DNA of 59,852 nt, filler included, from Sphacelaria rigidula (taxonomy: Eukaryota): NCBI GenBank assembly GCA_964200075.2. It is 3 parts of 3 records of this genome, joined end to end, with 100 filler letters (N's around TTAATTAATTAA, not from the genome) between each part and the next. Parts side by side here need not be neighbours in the genome. Positions count along the whole stretch, not along the records: positions 39,975 to 59,852 come from CAXNAA020000597.1; 2 more parts are not named here. One strand, given 5' to 3'. The notes beneath the pieces are model-generated. The model was given only the letters and a program-made list of their open reading frames with translations, had not been told where the DNA came from and did no database searches. Position numbers and translations under genes: made by a program. Position 1 is the first letter of the stretch. Each line of letters starts with the position of its first letter. Positions 50,401-59,852 of the stretch are shown piece by piece.

Positions 50401-53400
50401 AGCGACGAAAGAGTCAAAAGAGCCGAGGTACGCGCTTGGACAACAGATCGGTTTACTTCGGTTCCATAGGCAACGTCGACGACGAGGAATTCGTAGTTTC
50501 AGTAAGGTGCGCATACATGCAGAGGTACTTGCGCAGGTACACATACTATTGTGGATTGTCATGCATATTGCGATCAGTGCAGCGTGTCCTCAAAAAGGGC
50601 CCGTGACACTCGTCCGTTGCTCCCCCACTTTGGAAATGGCACCATACTTTTATCGAGTGAAGACATGCGTGACGACGACAGGCGCCGTCAACAGAACATA
50701 TCCTAGCTGGTACATGACTCATGCTGACGCATGGGCCCAACAAAGAACGAAAGGCACAGTTGTACGTTATAGGCAATATAACGGATGTGTCCGCTCTTGT
50801 ATCTGAAACTCTCGGAATCAGGGCCGCAACTGGTACAACATCGACCAGTTTGAGAGCAACGAGGCAGACCGGGCCTGGCGGCATCAAAGATACATCCTCA
50901 CCGACCTGATGTGGGATGCACCAGCAGTGCTGCAGACGAAAGAGGTGGGCATATGCGTCAATGTCAAAACAATATCCCTCAGCGCATGCAAGGAACATAC
51001 TCTAGAAAAGAGCACGGAGACGGTGCAAAAAATCTACAGCTGCTGTCGTTGGTGCTGAGTAAAAATGACAACACCGCCTGTTCTTGTGAACTAAACCTGG
51101 GTCTTGTGAACTGAACCTGGGCCACCAGGCGGAGGATCAAAGGGTAGGGACCGCTCTTGAACAGTGGGGAGACAAACAAAGTGTGGCAACAAAGCACGAA
51201 GATGCTTTGGGGTGGCTGGAAGCCGCGGGTGCCAGCGCGATTACTCCGGAGGTGCTTTCCTGGTGAGTACGCTGACTTATCATCGCCAATGCCTTCCCGT
51301 AGCGTCTGTACTGCAAAGCGGTCCGTGTCTTCGATTGTTCGGCAGATTGTTTTCGACCCCTCTGGAGTGGGGCTGTCAGGAACGCCGTCGGTATATAAAA
51401 TTCCGCACGCAGTAAAGAATTGCCATCCATCCCGTGATCCTCCACGTCCGCACTCAAAGGGAGCAGTTCGACAAATGGACGAAACCCATGTCGATTTTCT
51501 GGTAAATTACAACAAGTTGACCGCTTCATCATCAACGAGAATAAAGACACGGACCTTGATGGCATCATCGTCGATATTGAAGTAGGTGGTCTCCACTTTC
51601 ATAGTGCGAAAATAGACATGGACAATAGTCACAGGCAACCCTTTGGCTGCGAATCTTTTAGCATATTTTCTGAACGACCGCCGGTATATGAAAATTAAGT
51701 AAAACATACTTCGCATTGATTTCAGATGAACTAAAATGAAGAAAACTGTTCCTACCAGATGTTTCGCGACGGTACTACATTTCCCATCCATAACTACCCT
51801 TGATAGGTGATAGCTTCACCGATTTAACTATGAAATATTGGCAGGTGGGAAAGAGACATTTGGAAGATAACCATCGACGAGGAAAGTAGGGCGGTGAAAG
51901 CTCGTGCTGAGGAGCATCAAAGAAGCTCGGAAAGGCGAGCTCGCATGTTGTACGTCGCCTCGCTGCGCACACATAATGCAAGGGCTATTCCGTTGTAACC
52001 GAAGCTGCTGCTATCATTTTCGAATCGCTCCGGACCGATCTTCGAACGCGCATTGAGAGCCGGTGTTTGTCGTGATTACGAAATAAGGATGCGTCGATGT
52101 ATGGTCGAAGTTCCCATACCTAACCGGGTAGATAAGGCAGAGATGGAGAATGATTGTCCGTGTTCGATTTCGATTACATTGTAAGATCGCACGAGGTACG
52201 TACTCCGAATCCTCTACCGTGCCATTAGTTTCCCCTTTTTGCCGTTTTTGTTGTATTCGGCTGTGGACTTGCGGCGAACTTTGCTGTGCCCAACTGCTCA
52301 GGTACAGGAGCGTGCTTCGGTCGGTAGGGGAGACTGAAAAACGACAGCGCCTGCTTGTGGCCGAGGCGTGGAATATTCAAGGGTGGGTGTCGGTGGGCAT
52401 GCACAAACTGGTGCAGCAAACGCTACGGGCTTTGGTTCGCTACTGTACCAACCCCCACGCTGTGAGTGTGATCCCGACTGCACCAGTGACAGCAGAAAGT
52501 GACATCGCGGGCGTTTACGATTGATGGCCACCGTACAGTCGGTTATGACACCCGCTCGTCGTCGCTATTCACTAATTTGCCAAGAGACATATGGGCTCAA
52601 TTACTTGCAATCATTCTGAGAGCTCCAAGTATGTGGCAACGATGATCCAGGGCTTGAGAAATCCTTGCCGACACTGGTCCTAACCGGTACTAGGGATCTA
52701 CCACTGCTGCCCCAAACATGGACAAAACATTTGTAACGGCTACGTCACGTAACAGTAAGCCAGTTGTATCCATACCAATCTCCGACAAGCGTCTAAATCA
52801 GATGTACGCCGGCAAGCTTTTATTTTCATTTATTTATATATTTGTCGCAATTTGAACCCCTCCCCTTCCTCAGGACGAGTCCGTGTTCTGAAGGGATCAA
52901 CCCATCTCTCTCCGGTACTTGCCTAACTCAAACGTCTCTATCACTGAGGAAGAGTGATCATGACCTAGAGGGAATATTCTCACCAATGATTGGAACGAGC
53001 ACTTTTGTCAAAACGTCGTGTTGCAATTCCCATTACGAAACGATCTACGGCAAAGTCTTGCGAGTAACCAAAGCTTCCGGCCTGAATAATTTCTTGTTGG
53101 GCGTAGCGCTCGGCATCATGCGAAGTCAAGTTGGCTCACGAAGCGATGCTCTGTCAGCGTGCGTAGCACTGCGGAATGTGTCGGTCGGGCCCTCGGGCCG
53201 TCAGCATATCCGATTGCATATGAATAAGACAGATGCGCCTCGCTGGCGCGGTCGCCGCTTCAGCGACTCCAAATGTTCCGGTTGTGATACGGCAGTGTTT
53301 TGGAAACAGAATATTAGTTTTCGAGACATCATCATGAAGTTCCACCACCCTTCATGTCGATATCAAAAGAGATAAATCAATGAGGCACACATGATTGGTC

Positions 53401-55987
53401 AAAAGCTAAAGTTATGATGTCTATTTGACCAATATTTCTTGGTTGACGCCTAATGCCAACCATACCATTGGAGCGGACGACGGAGTTTTGAACGTCAATG
53501 TCCTATCGCTTTGTTCGGCGACCAAGTTTCTAAGGAATCCCTTGAAACAAGTCTGACAAAAATAACGTAACCCACCGCGTGATGCCATCCATGTTCAACA
53601 TTATCTCCGGCAGTCCAACGGGCCATGGTTGACATCAGAGTCGACGAACATTGTTGACCAATCGTATTTCATGAATTCTATATTTGGCCCGTCAGAAAAA
53701 CTGCGGGCCATTTTATCGCTTTCTTACATGCTGTGTGAATGCAAACCCATTCTATTCTGATCATTCCTCCGCTGTTGGCACAAGCTTGTTCTCTAGCTTC
53801 AGTCCATCGTGATTACGCTGACATAGTGCGCCGGAGCCGGCAGAATGACGGGCGATTGTCTTTACCCGATATACTCCGGCCGTTAACTCGAACGGTATTG
53901 ATACAACTTTGATTCCTCCTTGAAATGCGGTAGGTGCACAACGTCGACATACTATATCAAACATTGACTGAACGGAGCTGTTTCCCCCTCATCATCAAGT
54001 AGGTTCGTAGTGTTCTGTGGGAGACTCGCGAGGCGGCCGAATTTTCCGCCGCTGCACGGGCGGCCTCTGCAGCACAACGCGCTAGTGATTCCCGGGAGAT
54101 GAAGAATACCCTCCGCGCTTACAAGAAAACGGTCCGCACGCACAAACAAGACGGACATCAGGTGCGGCTCTGTCATGGGTATCCTTAGGGTCACACGAGA
54201 GAGCGCGATGAACTGCTGGTGTTTCTCAACCCTCGGCAGCGAAGCAAGTAATCTTGACTGCAGAAGCATTTTGTATTGGCATGAACGAGACAAAAAATGA
54301 CAAACTTGATTATTTTGCAGGTAAGTTGCGAATTTAGCTTCTCCGGAGGGATATCTGATATCTATAATGGGCGCGCGATATCCGACTCTACGGTCGATCA
54401 AGTTCCAGTGCCGTCGGGGGTGCTGTATACCCCCATACATGCCCTCCACCCCTTGTCTAACTGTCGCTGTGGCGGATCATTTCGTCGTGAGGGACCACCA
54501 AGAAGTGTATCCGTGTGAACTCACCGAGCACTATATATTTGCATAGGCGGAGAAAAGGCGTGCGAGAGCGGAGGATGAGGAGAGGAACAGGGCCGCTGAT
54601 CAGGTGTTATCAGGGCTGAGAGAAGCTACACTGGCAAAATCTTCGGAAGCTAAGGCACACTTCAAGGAGAGGAGGTGAGGGGTGATGCGCCCATCTATAT
54701 CTGGGCGACCGATACCCCGAACTACGTCGGGAACCTTTCCGGGGCTTCACGTATGGTAATGTCACATCGCGTGAAGACAGTCCATTGTTTCAGAAATACC
54801 CTTTGTATAGGTGCAACACGCGCGCATTCTCGTCGGAAGCCTCTCGAGAAAAAACGTTTACAACACTCACGGGGCGGTACAGTATCCTATGCTCTAAATA
54901 CTTTTTTCATCGCCCCCCTCGCCCGGAGTGATGAGAACGTTCTTGTTGAGGGTTTCGAATGTTCGACACTGTGCCCAAGCTAAACCGTTCTTTCTGCCAA
55001 TCGACCTCCAACCACAATGATTCCCCCTCCTCTGCGGGAAACAGGGCCCGGGCGCTACTTCTACGAGAAGAAGAGGACCGGCGGTCGACGGCGTATCGCG
55101 AAGAAGCGACGATTCTGGCTAGGGAGACAAGCAAGGAAGCCGAGAGGGTAGCCTCTGCCGTGTTGGGAAGGAGAGTCGAAGAGGAGGAGCAAGCCATTGC
55201 TGAGGTGGGACAAGAGCAAACGCTTGAGCTTCAGAGGTACACGTATGTTCGATCCCTAATAGCGAGCGACTAGTGTCTTCTTGAGCGCGATCGATACCCC
55301 TCTTGATGTGTAATTTTGTGTATACAAGAGCACCTTCTTGCATCAGAGATCTCCGGTATACTGCGAGGAAAGGGCCAAAACCTTCCCCTGGGACAGATTT
55401 TTCGCACTACTTTGGGGTACACATCTGAGGCGGTATTGCAAACCCGGGTATTGTTGCAGCATGCACAGCAAAATGTGATGAAAGTGTACTGCAGTGCGCA
55501 TTATCCACGTGTAGAGGTGAACAGTTAACATGAAAATCGGGCGCTTTTGTATATCGAGATACACGGGTCACGCGAGTCGTTGGAGCCTCGTTACATGCTT
55601 TCCCTTCGTCCGGGCAGTACAAACGCGCCTTGCGCCGAACCCACTTCAGTGGACACCTGTGCAGCTACTCTACTCGGGAGTGCACAGTGCTTCTGATTGA
55701 TTGCGCGTATTTCATCGATGCAGTAATGTGGGATGTACAGAACCTTCCTTTACGCAATATGGACAGGTAAGCGTCGTGTCCGGCAGTAGCGACCAATATA
55801 TTGGATTTGTAGTCCCTGGATATGCACAGCGATGCACATGGCTCGGGCTATTCTCACTGCCCAGCACCAACGATATACCGCAGGTCGCTGTTGCCACTGC
55901 TGCCTGTGAAGAGGAGCAGACTAGATCTGATGGCCGAAACGCCCTCTTCGATGCAATGATGGTTCGGGAGAAAGATACTCATGACAG
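47454..55987 (+). CDS. Large multi-exon hypothetical protein, disordered N-terminal part and coiled-coil-like C-terminal part (3' end beyond contig)
   Basis: Phase-consistent exons 47454-47498 (tentative), 47665-48270, 48807-49397, 49680-49826, 50335-50427, 51983-52062, 52302-52382, 53107-53158, 54547-54674, 55045-55204/55236, 55884-55987. E/R/A/K-rich helical peptides such as AEKRRARAEDEERNRAADQV. Exon structure at 55200-55880 is unresolved. Confidence 0.75.
50660..51791 (-). pseudogene. Decayed CDC7-like Ser/Thr kinase, antisense within an intron
   Basis: Frame 51791-50979 has a single internal stop (51507-51509). Ordered motif traces: IVHVYFRTMKVETTYFN (VIb), FILVDD (VII), ~85-aa insert, HLRSNRAGTRGFQPPQSIF (VIII; CDC7 has RANRAGTRGFRAPEVL). 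A shifted frame then gives YCFDIDAYA (IX) and LLGPCVSM..PARICSVDGACRRH (XI). Confidence 0.6.
52843..52925 (-). mobile_element. SINE family A, 3' fragment
   Basis: tttgaacccctccccttcctcaggacgagtccgtgttctgaagggatcaacccatctctc is near-identical to 1928-1990. Confidence 0.8.
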
Positions 55988-56629
55988 GTGATGAAACACG
56001 GTTGACTTATACCCTTGTGCATGAGATGATGAGAGACACCCGAGACAGGATATCGATGTTGTGAGCGTCTGGTCACCTGACATGTTCGAACACACACCGG
56101 TATGCTCGAGGTCAGAAGCACTCTGTCTGTGCGGCACGCTAGGTTTTGCACGTAGCGGAAACATAGAAATGAAGCAATTCCGCCGACAGGGTATACAAAA
56201 GAGGTACCGATAGCTATTGGTGAAGCTTCAATTGTCGAACTGCTGTCAGACATGAGTCTACTGCTGGATGGTATTATAATAGTGTTACTTATTGAAAAAC
56301 TATATATTTCTCTAGCAGTTTGGATCAATATAAGGGTCTGATGTGGGCCTTTACCCGCAGGCTGACTCAATCTTATGTCAGTTGCCGTCGTTTACATTAA
56401 TTAATTATCCCTAAAACCCGGGATATTGAGTTCATGTCTGATACTATCAAAACTGCTGTGAGTGTTGACATAATATACAGACTAGTCTGCACACGTTGTA
56501 AGTGGTGATGCAGCATAAAGACTAGTCGGTGGGCTATGCACAAGGCATTGAACTGGAAGCTTAGCCCTACACCAGCGAAATATTACCCCGTACTGTGATC
56601 AAGTTTTGATCCAGCGGCTGCGGAGTTAT

Positions 56630-59600
56630 ACCCAGAGTTGGGACGCTGTCACGAAAAACACATCGCCGGGTATGAGACACCAGCGAGTGAGTGCCAGGTT
56701 CGGACTGGAGCTAGCAGCCGACGCTGGCTATCGCGGCTGAAGCCATGCCTGGAGACCAAGGTGCAAGGCATGTACCTATATAGATGGACCAAGGAAAAAC
56801 TTGGGCAGCAGGACACATTACTCGCACGAAAGATTAGAAAGAGGGCCAGGTCAGAGCGTAAGACCGCGTAGCTGCAGATGGAGCTTGTGCTAGGTCCCAA
56901 ACAGGGTAGCTGAAAGTGGCGACCTAAAACGCTCGTAAAATGTCCCTCAGCGGACAGAACGGGGTTGGCCATACCGAGCCGAGGTGGTTTTGGAACACGC
57001 AAACCAGCGGGTTTGGGGTCGTAAAACTGAGTTCTCTGCAGCGAGATCCCGCGTCTTCTCCTGCGGGGTGGAAAGGGGAAAGAAAATGGCTAGATAACAT
57101 GGGGTTGGGTTGGCGGTCAAGGAGCCGATCATGAACAAGGCTGCGTGAACATCAGCGATCATCATCGAGCACCTGAACTCGACGAGATTCAACCTCACGG
57201 GCAATTCGAATGCCACCAGTTTCACACTTGCCTTTGCCCACGGCCCCTGCTGAGTCGAGAGAAGCGTGGGACATGTGCTGGGCTGAGTTGGACAGCACTT
57301 TCTCGACAATGATCACCTGCTGATAGACGCCAACGCAAGGATTGGGGTAAGAACATGAGAGCAGGATAAAAATTCATCAGTGATATAGGGCAAGGACTCC
57401 CGGGCTAGCGACATCAGGGACACGGCACAGCTACAACTTGCAGGTGACAACGGGCTTGCCCTCGTCAAGGCGTGCTCCACCCCTACGGGAGGCAAGAGCC
57501 GTTCCTTGGACAAGGAACATATTTGCTATATTATCACACGGCAAGCACACCGTCAGCTTGTTCGAAGTACGACCGTCCGCCTCTAACCGCCCAACTCGTC
57601 GGACTCAGATCACAACATCGTGTGAGCCACATCGCGAATCGTTGACCAATTCGCACGCAACACACATCGGCAAATACCCTTTGGGCTTGAATCCACCGAT
57701 AGGCGACAAAACATTTGGCACCGACAGACGTGGGAGATTTCCGCCATCGAGCTCAGAAAGACCAATGCCAGAGACACCGTCGGTGAACCGACCGGAAACT
57801 TTGCCGACATGTAACCAAGGTCCGTGGGGATAAATACCTTGCATCCGAACCGACGAGCCTGCGTGTACAAGGGTGGTTGAAGAAGTTGCGATCCGGGTCG
57901 AGTTCGGAGAGATCTGGAATGAGTAAGAGAGGTCGAGGTTGGCGATACGCGTTAGGCCGAATTATTCCCCAGCATGACACACCCTGCGAGAACGCGCACA
58001 ATGCTCAGAGAGGTGATCCAAGCTGAGTTAGGAAGGTAGCTGGATGGGTATCCGAAGCAACCGACGGAGTACACTACACTTGGGAATATGAGAGTCTGGT
58101 ACGTTAATCTGAAAGATGGACTGCGGCCGGCGAGAATGAAGCTAGAGAATGAGCAGTACATCAAGGATGAGGAGGAAAGACTGCTACGACACTAGGATCC
58201 CATCCGTAAATAATGGAAGAGCTACTTCTCTACTTTTCTGAATGAAGCATCAACCACTATTCACCCAACTATCTTCGAGAGCATAACGCCGGGGCCGAAA
58301 CCTGTCACTTGGAGATCCTCCAACCCTGCATGAAACAAAAAAAAACACCGACAGCCGTAGGTGAGCCGAAGGTAACGACAACGCGGTAGGACCGGATGAG
58401 CTACATATCCTCAAACCTGCAGTAGCCTTCGTGGTTCCCGTACCACTTACATAGCGTTATCGTTGGTGTGTGAGCGTATAGTGAGGTGCCGCAAGACTGG
58501 AAGGGTGCCACTGTCACAGTGCGGCACAAGAAAAAGGAAGGAAGAACCGAGCACGGTAACCGCAGGGGTATCTTCCTCGAGGCGCATGCTGTTAAACGTA
58601 TCCTTGAAGTCGCAGCCAACAAGCTCGGCGTCTTCTGTGAGAAGACAGGGGGTTTCGTGAAGGAACAGCGGAGATTTCGACGCCAACGATCGACCGGCGA
58701 CATGATGTTCCTCCTACGCCGAATGCAGGAGTTGGGACCTACAAGCGTGTCTCAATGAACATGTGCTTCATCGACCTGCCGAAGACTTACAACTTTGTAG
58801 ACGACACGCTTTTGTGGGAAGGAGTTGCCCGTTTCGAAGTCACGTTACGGATGATCAGGATCATCGATATGTTTCACAGCGGCATGCGACCTGGGCTATA
58901 GCTGAATAATGGCAAGCTATGCGAGTAGTCCCACGTCTGCTGGAGAATCAGGCATGGATGCACGTCATCCCCATTACTGTTCAAGATATTCAGCGCGGCG
59001 TTGGACGATATGATGTTACAGCATCTCGCAGCAGACCCGGCCATCGTCACAGACTTTGTATACATGGATGGTGCGCCATAAAATGAAGGTAGCAACGCCC
59101 TGGAAGAGACGCCGCTGGAGAGGGTGTAGCGCGCAGTGTAAGGAATGCCGTACGCGGATGACGAAGGCATGATGTCGAGGTCCACAGACGGGCTTACTGG
59201 GGTGACGGTGGCAGTGGTATCCGAGGTTGATTTGATTTGATTTGATTGGTTATCGCACTTTACTCGGATACCAAGACAGACTTCATGCGCCTGTGACCGA
59301 TACTCAGCTCCCCAGGGAGTGTACCGGACATCATGGCGACGTGCTGATAAGTAGACAACTGATTTCGTAAATCTTGGTGGTGTGTCAGCGCAGACGCGAA
59401 TATTTACATCGAAATCATGCGCCGCATTAGCGCTGCGAGGACACGCGTCTGAAACTATAGTTTCTGGCTCTACAATCGGCCCAACGCCATTTCTACCTCG
59501 AAATCCGGTCGCTCGAAGCGGAGGTGGTGAAAGCGATCCTGTACAAGTACAGATGTGCTACGTGGACGCTGCCCTCACAGAGGCTCAACCACTTACTTAT

Positions 59601-59852
59601 CGCCCATCACAAGATGTATCTATGAACATCCGATTTCTGGGAAATTGATCGCAGTGAACTGAAGGCAATTTCATGCAGAGCTGTGCTGGAGATGACGGAA
59701 TGCGAGTCTATCGAGATCACTATTCTCAAGCGCCAACTTTTGTTCGCGGGGGGGGGGGGGGGCGTACTCATTTGTGGGGAACGGCCATACCACGTCGATA
59801 GCACCACATCCCGTCCGCTCTGTGAAGTTCGCGGGGGGGGGGGGGGGCGATC
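56630..59852 (+). mobile_element. Decayed RTE-clade LINE (AP endonuclease + RT), intronic; 5' boundary approximate
   Basis: WKGATVTVRHKKKEGRTEHGNRRGIFLEAHAVKRIL...EQRRFRRQRSTGDMMFLLRRMQELG (58498-58737), CFIDLPKTYNFVD (~58764), IRHGCTSSPLLFKIF (~58946), YADD (59151-59162). Many stops and frameshifts. Confidence 0.9.
59778..59829 (+). pseudogene. 5S rRNA 5'-half retro-fragment (approximately nt 2-53)
   Basis: GGAACGGCCATACCACGTCGATAGCACCACATCCCGTCCGCTCTGTGAAGTT matches the 5' half of eukaryotic (brown-algal-like, from memory) 5S rRNA and stops at GAAGTT, before the rest of the internal promoter. Confidence 0.85.

Noticed and set aside
53300-54450. Family-B DNA polymerase relic (FISFDID resembling ExoI)
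   Set aside because: A single short motif in a multiply broken frame is not enough to name it.
59778-59829. Functional 5S rRNA gene
   Set aside because: Only the 5' ~53 nt are present. The rest of the internal control region and the terminator are missing.

Overview
Eukaryotic, intron-rich, repeat-laden nuclear DNA, probably from a brown alga (inferred from a phaeophyte-like 5S fragment, long GT-AG introns and RTE LINE/SINE content). The window is almost certainly three unlinked contigs (1-19894, 19995-39874, 39975-59852; lengths 19,894/19,880/19,878, descending) joined by N-TTAATTAATTAA-N linkers, so adjacency across the gaps means nothing. Contig 1 holds the last exon of an unknown gene, a 6-exon TBC/Rab-GAP gene, and a decayed L1-like LINE. 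Contig 2 holds a head-to-head pair: exon 1 of a TsaE/YjeE-like gene and exons 1-5 of NSA2. Their introns contain decayed genes and MITEs. Contig 3 holds a second head-to-head pair (small 2-exon gene and a large coiled-coil gene), with an antisense CDC7-like kinase relic and a decayed RTE LINE in introns. The most unusual signal is a family of five tiny insertions sharing the end (G)n-GTACTCATTTGT(TGCTTGCC), sitting at G/C runs with long target-site duplications. One copy is a chimera carrying the 5' half of 5S rRNA. All calls come from reading the sequence by eye; no searches were run.
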